A stretch of DNA of 64,000 nt from an uncultured delta proteobacterium. GTDB taxonomy: Bacteria > Desulfobacterota > Binatia > Binatales > Binataceae. The translations under genes and the position numbers were made by a program. Within the stretch, counting starts at the first letter, position 1. Every line of letters starts with the position of its first letter. Below are positions 30,011 to 40,232 of the stretch, in pieces. Under the pieces are notes generated by a model, which was not told the DNA's origin, made no database searches, and worked only from the letters and a program-made list of their open reading frames with translations. Where the stretch lies: positions 3,180,342-3,244,341 of the forward strand of contig CAWJET010000001.1 in assembly GCA_963842085.1 (NCBI GenBank), read 5' to 3'.

Positions 30011-30598
30011 ATGCTGCCTGTCGTTTACCTCGCAAGGCACGGTGAGACTGCATGGAGTCTCTCGGGCCAGCACACTGGACTTACCGATTTGCCATTGACC
30101 GATCGCGGCGAAAGCAATGCACGACGTCTTGGTGAACGTTTGACCGGACTGAGTTTCAGCAAAGTCTTTACCAGTCCATTGCAGCGCGCGAGGAGGACTT
30201 GTGAATTGGCGGGCTTTGGTCGCCGAGCCGAAGTCGATCGCGACCTGCTTGAATGGAATTACGGCGAATACGAAGGCCGCCGCACAGAAGAAATCCATGC
30301 AGAGCGCCCGGACTGGCAACTGTTTCGCGACGGCTGTCCCGGAGGCGAGTCACCGGGGCAGGTGGGCGAACGTGCTGATCGAGTGGTGAGGCGAGTGCGC
30401 GAGATTCAAGGTAACGTGCTGATTTTCTCAAGCGGTCACATTTTGCTAGTACTCGCCGCGCGCTGGCTAGGGCTGGAACCAATCGCCGGTAAGTACTTCC
30501 TGCTGAGCACTGCGAGCTTGAGCGCGCTTGGCTACGAATACAACTTGTCCCGGCCAGTAATACAACTGTGGAACGACACAAATCACGTGAGCTCCTGA
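30011..30598 (+). CDS. Histidine phosphatase family protein
   Basis: LARHGETAWS, SPLQRA, EWNYGEYEG. Confidence 0.92.
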   Translation: MLPVVYLARHGETAWSLSGQHTGLTDLPLTDRGESNARRLGERLTGLSFSKVFTSPLQRARRTCELAGFGRRAEVDRDLLEWNYGEYEGRRTEEIHAERPDWQLFRDGCPGGESPGQVGERADRVVRRVREIQGNVLIFSSGHILLVLAARWLGLEPIAGKYFLLSTASLSALGYEYNLSRPVIQLWNDTNHVSS

Positions 30599-30618
30599 TC
30601 GATAACAGGAAGAAAACG

Positions 30619-33114
30619 ATGGCAGCATCTCCCAAGACACCAACCTTCGATCTTATTTCGAAACTAATCGCGCAATACGGATGCGGCCCGATTAAATTCA
30701 GCGGCACCGATGAAGCGCTTTACGAGCGCCATCTGCTGTTCGACAACATCGTCGATGCCAGCGATGTCACGTTGCGGGAGCGATATGAAGCCGTCGCCCG
30801 ATCGGTGCGGGACGTCCTCTCTCAGCGATGGATACATACTGAGCAAACTTACGAGCGCGAGAATCCCAAACGCGTTTACTATCTCTCGATAGAATTCCTA
30901 CTGGGTCGCTCGCTTGCGAACAACATCAATAATCTCCTGCTCGATCCTATCGCGGCGCACCTTATCAAGGAGAAGAACGTCGACTGGCTAGGTCTGCTCG
31001 AGCAGGAGCCTGACCCTGGTCTGGGTAATGGTGGGCTTGGGCGTTTGGCGGCCTGCTTTTTGGATTCGATGGCGACGATGCAACTGCCCGCGATGGGCTA
31101 CGGGCTGCGTTACGAATACGGTATGTTTAAGCAGTCCATTAAAGATGGCTGGCAGGAAGAGCGGCCGGACCATTGGCTGCGCCACCCCGATCCTTGGCAG
31201 ATATTGCGGCCACGGGAAAGCGTAGAAGTGAAGCTGAACCGCTCCTTCCAGATAGCCGGCGGAAGCTTGCACGCCCAGCCCGGAAAGCCCACCAAGTTAT
31301 TCGGCATCCCTCGCGATCTCCCAATAGTCGGATATGGCGGCCGAACCATCAATTCACTGCGACTGTGGGCCGCGGCCGCACCGGATTACTTCGACTTCCA
31401 GGAATTCAGCCACGGCGATTTCGTCGGTGCACTTGCTGAGAAGCTGGCGGCCGAAACGCTGACGAGAGTCCTGTATCCCGACGATTCGACCAGCTTGGGG
31501 CAGAGCTTGCGCTTCGTGCAGGAGTATTTTCTCGTGGCATGCTCGCTCGCCGATATTGTACGGCGGTTTCGTCGCAGCAACCCAGATTGGAGCACGCTTC
31601 CCGACAAGGTTGCGATCCAGCTCAACGATACGCATCCAACGATGGCGGTGTCCGAGTTGATGCGGATTTTGCTCGACGAGGCGAAGCTCGGATGGGACGA
31701 AGCGTGGGACCTAACGCGAAGAACGCTGGCGTACACCAACCATACGCTGCTGCCTGAAGCACTCGAGAAATGGCCGGTTGCGTGGTTTGAGACGATGATG
31801 CCGCGGAACCTGGAGATCATTTTCGAAATCAATCGCCGGTTAGTCGATGACGTTCGCGTGCGGTTCCCAAGCGACGAAGGTCGGATTGCGCGCGTGAGCC
31901 TGATCGAGGAAGGCCCAATCAAGCACGTGCGTATGGCCAACCTGGCCATCGTCGGATCGCACAGTACGAACGGTGTAGCCGCGATTCACTCCGAGTTGCT
32001 ACGCACGACCACGGTCAAAGACCTGGCCGAGATGTTTCCAGAACGCTTCAACAATAAGACCAACGGTGTCACGCCGCGCCGCTGGCTGCTGCTGGCCAAT
32101 CCGACGCTCGCTCGCACAATCAGCGACGCGATCGGTGAGGGCTGGATTACCGATCTCAGCCAACTGAGCAAGCTTAGGCCGCTTGCCGATAACAAAGCCT
32201 TTCGCGACAACTTCCGCGTAGCAACTCGCGAGACGAAGGCCCGCTTTGCCAACTGGCTCAAATCGAAGACCGGACAAACGATAGATCCGGACACCATTTT
32301 TGATTGCCAAGTCAAGCGCATCCACGAATACAAGCGTCAACTGCTGAACGCGCTGCGAATCGTCATTCTCTACAATCGCGTCAGGCAAACCCCCAACCTT
32401 GAGATGTCTCCGCGAACATTCCTGTTTTCTGGTAAGGCGGCGCCTGCCTACCATCTGGCCAAGCTCATCATAAAGTTCATCAACAATCTGGCCAGTACGA
32501 TCGATGGCGATCCCACGGTGCGCGGCCAGCTCAAGGTACTCTTCATCCCTGAGTACGACGTAACACTTGCCGAGCAGCTGATTCCTGCCAGTGATGTATC
32601 CAATCAGATTTCAACCGCGGGCTATGAGGCGAGCGGCACAAGCAACATGAAGTTCATGATGAACGGGGCGTTGACTATCGGCACGCGCGACGGAGCAACC
32701 ATCGAGATGGCGCAGGAGGCGGGCGAGGAAAATTTCTTCTTGTTCGGGTTGACTGCGCAACAAGTCGCGGATAGCCGGGGCTGGTACGACCCGCATTGGC
32801 ACTATGAGCACGAGCCTGCGACGCGAGCGGCGCTGGACCTGATCTTTTCGGACCACTTCAGCCGCCACGAACCCGGCATCTTCGAACCGCTGCGCGACAC
32901 GCTCCTGACACATGGTGACTACTACATGCATCTCGCGGATCTCACGTCCTATCTGGACGCCGACCGCAGGCTGATTGAACTATACGCGAAACCCGAAGAA
33001 TGGACGCGTAAGGCGATCCTGAATGTCGCCGGCTCTGGAAAATTCTCGAGCGACCGCACCATTGCGCAGTATGCAGCCGAGATCTGGAACGCCAAGCCGT
33101 GTCGCGTCGGTTAG
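30619..33114 (+). CDS. glgP: Glycogen/starch phosphorylase
   Basis: GNGGLGRLAAC, QLNDTHP, KRIHEYKRQ, EASGTSNMKF (PLP lysine). Confidence 0.97.
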   Translation: MAASPKTPTFDLISKLIAQYGCGPIKFSGTDEALYERHLLFDNIVDASDVTLRERYEAVARSVRDVLSQRWIHTEQTYERENPKRVYYLSIEFLLGRSLANNINNLLLDPIAAHLIKEKNVDWLGLLEQEPDPGLGNGGLGRLAACFLDSMATMQLPAMGYGLRYEYGMFKQSIKDGWQEERPDHWLRHPDPWQILRPRESVEVKLNRSFQIAGGSLHAQPGKPTKLFGIPRDLPIVGYGGRTINSLRLWAAAAPDYFDFQEFSHGDFVGALAEKLAAETLTRVLYPDDSTSLGQSLRFVQEYFLVACSLADIVRRFRRSNPDWSTLPDKVAIQLNDTHPTMAVSELMRILLDEAKLGWDEAWDLTRRTLAYTNHTLLPEALEKWPVAWFETMMPRNLEIIFEINRRLVDDVRVRFPSDEGRIARVSLIEEGPIKHVRMANLAIVGSHSTNGVAAIHSELLRTTTVKDLAEMFPERFNNKTNGVTPRRWLLLANPTLARTISDAIGEGWITDLSQLSKLRPLADNKAFRDNFRVATRETKARFANWLKSKTGQTIDPDTIFDCQVKRIHEYKRQLLNALRIVILYNRVRQTPNLEMSPRTFLFSGKAAPAYHLAKLIIKFINNLASTIDGDPTVRGQLKVLFIPEYDVTLAEQLIPASDVSNQISTAGYEASGTSNMKFMMNGALTIGTRDGATIEMAQEAGEENFFLFGLTAQQVADSRGWYDPHWHYEHEPATRAALDLIFSDHFSRHEPGIFEPLRDTLLTHGDYYMHLADLTSYLDADRRLIELYAKPEEWTRKAILNVAGSGKFSSDRTIAQYAAEIWNAKPCRVG

Positions 33115-33145
33115 TGTCGATTGCAGGTTCTTCGGAGAGCAAACA

Positions 33146-34795
33146 ATGGAAGTGAGTCCACTCGCGGGTAAGCCCGCTGACCCTTCGATTCTCATCGATG
33201 TTTCCAAGTTGGTGTCTGCCTATTACAGCGAGCAACCAGATCCGTCCCTGCCTGCGCAGAGGGTCGCCTTCGGGACCTCCGGGCATCGCGGCTGCTCGCT
33301 CGACAACTCGTTCAACGAAGCGCATATCCTCGCGATAACCCAGGCGATATGTCTTTACCGCAAACAGCAGAGCATCGATGGCCCGCTTTACATCGGTTTC
33401 GATACGCACGCGCTCTCGGAGCCGGCTTTTAGAAGTGCATTGGAAGTGCTGGCGGGCAACGGCGTCGATGTAATGGTCGATGCGGCCAATAGTTACACTC
33501 CCACCCCGGTTATCTCGCATGCGATCCTCAGCTACAACCGGGGCCGCAAGCGCGGCGGCGCCGACGGTATCGTCATCACACCATCGCACAATCCGCCTCG
33601 ATTCGGCGGCTTCAAGTATGATCCTCCGCATGGAGGACCTGCGGACACTCATGTAACCGAATGGATCCAGGAGCGTGCCAACGCCTTGATCGCGGACGGC
33701 CTCCGTGGAATTGCGAGGATGCCGCTCGAGCGAGCGCGCACAGCTTCGACGACTCATAAGCACGAGTACCTGGACTTCTATGTGAACGATCTTTCCTCGG
33801 TGGTCGACCTGCAGGGGATCAAGGAGAGCAACGTGCGTATCGGCGTCGATCCCCTAGGCGGCGCCAGCGTGGGTTACTGGGATGCCATCGGCGATCGCTA
33901 CGGCTTGAACCTCAAGGTTGTTAATCACACCGTGGACCCGACCTTCCGGTTCATGACCGTCGACTGGGACGGCCAAATCAGAATGGACCCTTCATCGCCG
34001 TACGCGATGGCGCGCATGGTCGGCCTGAAGGATCGGTTCGATGTCGCGTTCGCAAGCGATACCGATGCCGATCGCCACGGAATCGTCAGCCACAGCCAAG
34101 GATTGCTCGATCCAAATCATTATCTCTCTGTGGCGATTTCATACCTATTCGCAAACCGCCCGCAATGGTCCCAGACGGTCGCCGTCGGCAAGACCGTGGT
34201 CAGCAGCAGCATGATCGATCGAGCGACGTCGCGCCTGAAACGTCAACTCTTCGAAGTGCCAGTGGGCTTCAAGTGGTTCGTCGAGGGACTTATTGATGGC
34301 AGCGTCGGGTTTTGCGGCGAGGAGAGTTCGGGTGCGACATTTCTGCGGCGCGACGGCACTGTTTGGACGACGGACAAAGACGGAATCGTTCCCAACCTGT
34401 TGGCTGCAGAGATCACCGCTCGGACTGGCAGTGACCCGGGTGAGCATTACCGCAAACTTACTGCGGCGCTGGGCGAATCTTACTACGAGCGCGTGGACGC
34501 ACCTGCAACGGCAGAACAGAAGGAGAGGCTCGAGAGTCTATCTCCTGAAGCAATCTCCGCATCGAACCTCGCAGGCGAACGGATTACCGCCAAGCTGAAC
34601 AAGGCGCCTGGCAACCATGCTCCTATAGGCGGTGTCAAAGTGACTACCATCAATGGCTGGTTCGCTGCTCGCCCCTCTGGAACCGAAAGCATCTACAAGA
34701 TCTACGCGGAAAGTTTCAAGGACCGCGCTCACCTTGACGCTATACTTCGCGAAGCCCAGGAGATCGTGAACAAAGCTCTGGAGGTGAAATCATGA
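33146..34795 (+). CDS. pgm: Phosphoglucomutase
   Basis: FGTSGHRG, TPSHNPP, DTDADRHG, GEESSG, RPSGTE. Confidence 0.97.
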   Translation: MEVSPLAGKPADPSILIDVSKLVSAYYSEQPDPSLPAQRVAFGTSGHRGCSLDNSFNEAHILAITQAICLYRKQQSIDGPLYIGFDTHALSEPAFRSALEVLAGNGVDVMVDAANSYTPTPVISHAILSYNRGRKRGGADGIVITPSHNPPRFGGFKYDPPHGGPADTHVTEWIQERANALIADGLRGIARMPLERARTASTTHKHEYLDFYVNDLSSVVDLQGIKESNVRIGVDPLGGASVGYWDAIGDRYGLNLKVVNHTVDPTFRFMTVDWDGQIRMDPSSPYAMARMVGLKDRFDVAFASDTDADRHGIVSHSQGLLDPNHYLSVAISYLFANRPQWSQTVAVGKTVVSSSMIDRATSRLKRQLFEVPVGFKWFVEGLIDGSVGFCGEESSGATFLRRDGTVWTTDKDGIVPNLLAAEITARTGSDPGEHYRKLTAALGESYYERVDAPATAEQKERLESLSPEAISASNLAGERITAKLNKAPGNHAPIGGVKVTTINGWFAARPSGTESIYKIYAESFKDRAHLDAILREAQEIVNKALEVKS

Positions 34796-35868
34796 AGGCT
34801 ACTCAATGGCTCCACAATTTGGGGCAAAGCATCTGGCTCGATAACATCACGCGCGACCTGCTCGACAGCGGCACCCTCAAGCGCTACATCGATGATCTCT
34901 CGGTCACCGGGTTGACCTCTAATCCGACGATCTTCGATCACGCTATCACTCACAGCAAATCGTACGATTCTGAAATTCGCCGACTCATGGGGACCGGCCT
35001 CTCCGGTGAGGCATTGTTCTTTGAGCTGGCGGTGCAGGACCTGACGCGAGCCGCCGATCTGTTTGCTCCGATCAACGAACGCAGCGCCGGCGTAGACGGC
35101 TTCGTATCGCTGGAAGTGTCGCCGCTGCTCGCGTACGACGCAAAGAATACGGTCGCGCAGGCCAAAGCGCTTCACAAAAGGGCCAATCGATGCAACCTAT
35201 TCATCAAGATTCCGGGCACCAAGGAAGGAGCGCCTGCGATCGAAGAAGCGATCTTTTCGGGCGTGCCGGTGAATGTGACTCTGCTCTTCTCTCGTGAGCA
35301 TTACGTCGACGCGGCCGAGGCTTATATGCGCGGACTGGAGCGGCGCATCGCGGCCGGTATGAGTCCAGACGTCCGTTCGGTGGCGTCGCTCTTCATCAGC
35401 CGCTGGGACAAAGCGACGATGGATAAAGTGCCCGAGCGCGATCGCGACAAACTGGGAGTCGCAATCGGCCAGCAGACTTACAGGGCGTACCGCGACGTAC
35501 TCCAGTCGGATCGATGGCAGCGGCTGGCGAACTGCGGTGCTCGCTCGCAAAGGTTGCTGTTCGCAAGCACCGGCACCAAGGATCCTAAGGCCTCCGATGT
35601 CCTTTATATAGGCGCGCTGGCCGCCCCCAACACAATCAACACTATGCCGGAGGAGACCTTGCTCGCGTTCGGTGAGCACGGTCGGGTAACCGGCGTCATT
35701 CCGCGCGACGGCGCGGATTGTGAACAAGTCCTCGCAGAGTTCGGTCGGGTCGGAATTGACGTGGCAAAGCTCGGCGCCGATCTGCAGACGGAGGGAGCCA
35801 AATCCTTCGACGACTCCTGGAAGGATCTGTTAAACGCAATCGAGGCCAAGAGCAAAGCGCTGAAGTAA
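34792..35868 (+). CDS. tal: Transaldolase
   Basis: GQSIWLDNI, GLTSNPTIF, FIKIPGT, NVTLLFS, ASTGTKDP. Confidence 0.95.
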   Translation: MKATQWLHNLGQSIWLDNITRDLLDSGTLKRYIDDLSVTGLTSNPTIFDHAITHSKSYDSEIRRLMGTGLSGEALFFELAVQDLTRAADLFAPINERSAGVDGFVSLEVSPLLAYDAKNTVAQAKALHKRANRCNLFIKIPGTKEGAPAIEEAIFSGVPVNVTLLFSREHYVDAAEAYMRGLERRIAAGMSPDVRSVASLFISRWDKATMDKVPERDRDKLGVAIGQQTYRAYRDVLQSDRWQRLANCGARSQRLLFASTGTKDPKASDVLYIGALAAPNTINTMPEETLLAFGEHGRVTGVIPRDGADCEQVLAEFGRVGIDVAKLGADLQTEGAKSFDDSWKDLLNAIEAKSKALK

Positions 35869-35923
35869 TCAAGACGATTGACTCGCTCGCTTTTTTTCGA
35901 CCGACCATTCGAGGAGAACTAGC

Positions 35924-36841
35924 ATGACGCGCGGATATGATCTGCCACTGTACGTCCTGCCTTTCGATCATCGAGCATCTTTTGAGACGGGGATGTTCGG
36001 ATGGAAAGGCGAATTGACCCCCGAACAGACCGCTCAGATCGCCGAGGCAAAACGGGTGATCTACGACGGTTTGAAGGCGGCAATCGCCTCCGGAGTGCCG
36101 AAGCAGAAAGCAGCTATCCTGGTGGACGAGCAATTCGGGGCAGCCATTCTGCGCGACGCCAAGGCGGACGGCTACATGATCGCGTGTCCGGTTGAGAAAA
36201 GCGGACAGGACGAGTTCGATTTCGAGTACGGCGAAGCCTTCCACAACCACATCGAGGCCTTCCAGCCAACATTCTGCAAAGTCCTGGTGCGATACAACCC
36301 GGAGGGCGACCAAGCTCTGAACCGGAGACAAACGAAGCGTCTCACGCGGTTGTCCTATTACCTGCATAACTCGAAACCTAGACTTTTCATGTTTGAGCTC
36401 CTGGTTCCGGCAGAGAAAGCACAACTGGAAAAGGTCAAGGGCGACAAGAATGCGTACGACCTGGAGATTCGTCCTCGGCTAATGGTCCAGACCATCGAAG
36501 AGCTGCAGGACGCGCATGTCGAACCAGACGTTTGGAAGATCGAAGGCCTTGACCGCAGAGAGGATTGCGAGCGCGTTGTGGCGGCGGCTCGCTACGGGGG
36601 CCGCGACAAAGTCGGTTGCATCGTTCTGGGTCGCGGCGAGAACGACAAGAATGTGCGCGAATGGCTGACAACCGCGGCAACCGTGCCGGGCTTCATCGGA
36701 TTCGCCGTCGGTCGCACGGACTTCTGGGAACCTCTGGTCGGGTGGCGGGAGAAGAAAACCACGCGCGAAGCTGCGGTTGATGAAGTTGCCCGGCGGTATC
36801 GTGAATTCGTCGACATTTTTGAGAAAGCACGCGCCCAATAG
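35924..36841 (+). CDS. Stand-alone DUF2090 (IolC C-terminal, class I aldolase-like) protein
   Basis: LPFDHR, ILVDEQFG, KVLVRYNP, DVWKIEG, VLGRG, GFAVGRT. Confidence 0.85.
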   Translation: MTRGYDLPLYVLPFDHRASFETGMFGWKGELTPEQTAQIAEAKRVIYDGLKAAIASGVPKQKAAILVDEQFGAAILRDAKADGYMIACPVEKSGQDEFDFEYGEAFHNHIEAFQPTFCKVLVRYNPEGDQALNRRQTKRLTRLSYYLHNSKPRLFMFELLVPAEKAQLEKVKGDKNAYDLEIRPRLMVQTIEELQDAHVEPDVWKIEGLDRREDCERVVAAARYGGRDKVGCIVLGRGENDKNVREWLTTAATVPGFIGFAVGRTDFWEPLVGWREKKTTREAAVDEVARRYREFVDIFEKARAQ

Positions 36842-36911
36842 ACGCCGAATAACCAATTGCGCCGTGCCGGGTGAGCAGTCGCATCGAGAATTCGGTGGAG
36901 GCAAACGTCAA

Positions 36912-38072
36912 ATGGCTTCTCACGTCATACTATGCGTGAACAGCGGATCCTCTTCGCTCAAATTCGCACTCTACCGAATCGGTCATGGTGAAGAACTCCT
37001 GCTCGCGCAAGGTGCGGCCGAGCTCAACGATGGGCAAATCACTCGGCTTTGGATTCACAGCGCGCACGAGAAAGTCGAGAAAACGGGCAGCGAAATTTCT
37101 TCTGCGTCAACACCGCTGCACGCACTTGCCGTCGAGTTGAAGCGGTTGCGGCTCCCGCATCCCGACGCAGTCGGTCATAGACTGGTACACGGCGGCCGGC
37201 ACCATGGCAGCCCGGAACGGATCACTGATACGCTCTTCAATGAACTGGGCAGTTTGATCCCCTTTGCACCGCTGCATCTACCCAACGAGATTGCCGGCAT
37301 TGAGGCGGTCACTTCGAACTTCCCGAGCCTGCCGCAGGTCGCCTGCTTCGACACTGCTTTTCACCGCTCGATGCCGGAAGTTGCGCAGCGCTTCGCATTG
37401 CCGTGTGCGCTCTGGAACGAAGGCATTCGCCGCTACGGGTTTCACGGAATTTCCTACGAATACATCGTGCGGACTTTGGGTGTTAATCTGCCCTCCCGCC
37501 TAATTATCGCTCATCTCGGTAACGGCGCGAGCATGGCGGCAGTGAAAGACGGAAACCCGCTCGACACCACGATGGGATTCACTCCGGCTGGGGGCTTCAT
37601 GATGGGAACGCGCAGCGGAGATCTGGACCCCGGAATCTTTCTCTACCTATTAAACCAGAGGCATTTCGACGCACACAAACTCGCCGATCTTGTGAACCAT
37701 AAATCCGGATTACTCGGCGTATCAGGCATCTCCGATATGAGGATGCTGCTCGAACGAAGAGATACCGCACCAGATGCTGCGCTGGCGGTGCACATGGTTT
37801 GCTATCAGCTCCGAAAGCAGATCGGCGCCTTCACCGCCGCGCTGGGCGGACTCGATCTTCTGGTTTTTACGGGCGGCATTGGCGAACGAGCCGCTCCTGT
37901 GCGATGGGAGACGTGTAATGGTTTGGAGCACCTCGGCATCAACCTCGAACGCGAACGAAATCAGGCCAACGCCGACACGATTAGCAGCGATGACAGCCGC
38001 TGTCTCGTTCGCGTAATTCCAACGAATGAGGACCTGATGATAGCCCGTCATACCTACGAACTTGTCTTCTAG
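36912..38072 (+). CDS. ackA: Acetate kinase
   Basis: NSGSSSLKFALY, GHRLVHGG, YGFHGIS, HLGNGAS, FTGGIGE, PTNED. Confidence 0.95.
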   Translation: MASHVILCVNSGSSSLKFALYRIGHGEELLLAQGAAELNDGQITRLWIHSAHEKVEKTGSEISSASTPLHALAVELKRLRLPHPDAVGHRLVHGGRHHGSPERITDTLFNELGSLIPFAPLHLPNEIAGIEAVTSNFPSLPQVACFDTAFHRSMPEVAQRFALPCALWNEGIRRYGFHGISYEYIVRTLGVNLPSRLIIAHLGNGASMAAVKDGNPLDTTMGFTPAGGFMMGTRSGDLDPGIFLYLLNQRHFDAHKLADLVNHKSGLLGVSGISDMRMLLERRDTAPDAALAVHMVCYQLRKQIGAFTAALGGLDLLVFTGGIGERAAPVRWETCNGLEHLGINLERERNQANADTISSDDSRCLVRVIPTNEDLMIARHTYELVF

Positions 38073-38085
38073 GCGCGGTAGATCC

Positions 38086-40167
38086 ATGGCTAACTGGTCG
38101 CAAATCGAAGGTTCGCCACAGCCTCTTGGCGCTACTTGGCTCAAAGAGGAAAAGAGCTACAACTTCGCGCTGTACTCCAGGCATGCTACCGGCGTGACAC
38201 TCTTGCTGTACACGGCGCGCGATTTGGTTAACCCGGTTCTTCGTATCTCGCTCAATTATTTGACTCACAAATCAGGACGAATCTCGCATTGCCGCCTCAA
38301 AGCGGACGAGGTCGCCAATGCCTCTTACTACGCGTACTCGGTCGAAGGTCCGAGTAGCGCACTGGGGGAGGTCCACTTTTTCGATCCGGACAAAGTCCTT
38401 CTCGATCCTTACGCAAGGTCGCTCTTCTTTCCACCGGATTTTCGGCGTAGTGCTTCGATCGGACGGGGATCGAATGCCGGAAGAACGCCTCTTGGCGCGC
38501 TGCCAGTCAACATTCCAGAGTTTGACTGGGGCGGCGAATCCAACCCGTTTGACTGGGGCGGCGAATCCAACTCCCGCCACACGTCAGACACCATCATCTA
38601 TGAAATGCACGTCAGAGGTTTTACCAACAGAGACAATTCCGGAGTGTCCGCGGACAAGCGAGGAACATTTGCAGGAGTTGTTGAGAAAATTCCCTATCTC
38701 AAAGAGCTTGGAGTTACCGCGCTCGAGTTGATGCCGGTATTTCAGTACGACCCGGACGAAGGCAATTACTGGGGATACATGCCGCTGAACTTTTTCTCTC
38801 CGCATGAGGCTTACGCGGCGAATTTACCCGTCGCAGAAGCTGCAGCCGACTTCAAGGCGATGGTGAAAGAACTCCATTGCGCCGGGATCGAAGTAATTCT
38901 GGACGTGGTCTACAACCACACCACCGAAGCAGGCGCTGACGGGCCTACCTATAGCTATCGGGGCATTTGCAATAGCACCTACTACCTTCTCGACGAAAGC
39001 ATGACGCACTATCGGAACGATACCGGGACAGGCAATGTCTTGCGAGCGGCACATCCGACGGTGCGCAAGATGATAATCGACAGTCTCCGTTTCTGGATAC
39101 TTGAGATGCATGTCGACGGTTTCAGATTCGATCTCGCTTCCATCTTCAGCCGTAATGTCGACGGCTCGATCAACCTGAAAGACCCTCCATTGATTTCCGA
39201 GATAACGGGCGGCGCAGAATATGCTGATGTCCGGCTGATCGCCGAGGCATGGGATCCGGCCAGTTACGAACTAGGTCGCAGCTTCCCCGGTCAAACATGG
39301 AGCCAGTGGAATGGCAGGTTTCGAGATGATGTTCGCGAATTCGTCAAAAGCGATCCCGGAAAAGTTGGCGACCTCATGACCCGGCTCTATGGCAGCAGCG
39401 ATTTGTTTCCGGATGATCTCGACGACGCCTACCATCCTGCTCAAAGCATTAACTACGTCACTTCGCACGACGGCTTTTGTCTCTATGATCTGGTCGCGTA
39501 CAACGACAAGCATAATTTGGCTAATGGCCAGAACAATACTGATGGGACCGACAACAATCTGAGCTGGAACTGCGGATGGGAGGGCGATGAGAATGTGCCA
39601 GCGGAAGTGATGCGATTGCGAAAGCAGCAAATCAAGAATTTCTTTGCGATTTTGATGGTCTCGAACGGAACCCCGATGTTCTGTGCCGGCGATGAATTCA
39701 TGAATACGCAGCGCGGCAACAACAATCCCTGGAACCAGGATAACGAAACGACCTGGCTCGACTGGGATTTGCTCGAAAAGAACGGCGACATGTTCCGCTT
39801 CTTCAAAGGAATGATCGCTTTTCGCAAAGCGCACCCATCTTTGGCTCGCAGCCGATTCTGGCGTGATGACGTTAGCTGGTACGGTGTGAACGGTCAGGTG
39901 GATCTTGGCTATCTGTCGCATAGCCTCGCGTTCTGTTTGCATGGTTCTTCGCAACAGGATCGAGACATCTACGTGATGATAAACGCATACTGGCAGGATC
40001 TCAATTTCAAAATACAAGAGGGAAAGGCCGGCGACTGGAACTGTGTAGCAGATACAGGGATGTCGAGCCCGTCCGATTTTTTCGAGGTCGGGGAGCAAAA
40101 GGCTCTGACCTCATTGAGCTATGAGGTCAAAGCCAGATCGGTTGTAGTTCTGCTGCGCACGGCCTGA
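38086..40167 (+). CDS. glgX: Glycogen debranching enzyme/isoamylase (GH13)
   Basis: LLDPYA, IYEMHVRGFT, NYWGY, DVVYNHT, DGFRFDLA, AEAWD, HDGF. Confidence 0.95.
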   Translation: MANWSQIEGSPQPLGATWLKEEKSYNFALYSRHATGVTLLLYTARDLVNPVLRISLNYLTHKSGRISHCRLKADEVANASYYAYSVEGPSSALGEVHFFDPDKVLLDPYARSLFFPPDFRRSASIGRGSNAGRTPLGALPVNIPEFDWGGESNPFDWGGESNSRHTSDTIIYEMHVRGFTNRDNSGVSADKRGTFAGVVEKIPYLKELGVTALELMPVFQYDPDEGNYWGYMPLNFFSPHEAYAANLPVAEAAADFKAMVKELHCAGIEVILDVVYNHTTEAGADGPTYSYRGICNSTYYLLDESMTHYRNDTGTGNVLRAAHPTVRKMIIDSLRFWILEMHVDGFRFDLASIFSRNVDGSINLKDPPLISEITGGAEYADVRLIAEAWDPASYELGRSFPGQTWSQWNGRFRDDVREFVKSDPGKVGDLMTRLYGSSDLFPDDLDDAYHPAQSINYVTSHDGFCLYDLVAYNDKHNLANGQNNTDGTDNNLSWNCGWEGDENVPAEVMRLRKQQIKNFFAILMVSNGTPMFCAGDEFMNTQRGNNNPWNQDNETTWLDWDLLEKNGDMFRFFKGMIAFRKAHPSLARSRFWRDDVSWYGVNGQVDLGYLSHSLAFCLHGSSQQDRDIYVMINAYWQDLNFKIQEGKAGDWNCVADTGMSSPSDFFEVGEQKALTSLSYEVKARSVVVLLRTA
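38521..38574 (+). repeat. In-frame 27-bp tandem duplication in glgX
   Basis: TTTGACTGGGGCGGCGAATCCAAC occurs twice (FDWGGESNP-FDWGGESNS). Confidence 0.9.
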
Positions 40168-40232
40168 GCTCGCAGCGCACAGAGCCTTTTATCTCGCTTT
40201 GAGAGTCACTGGCGAGTGATTCCCGCAGCATT

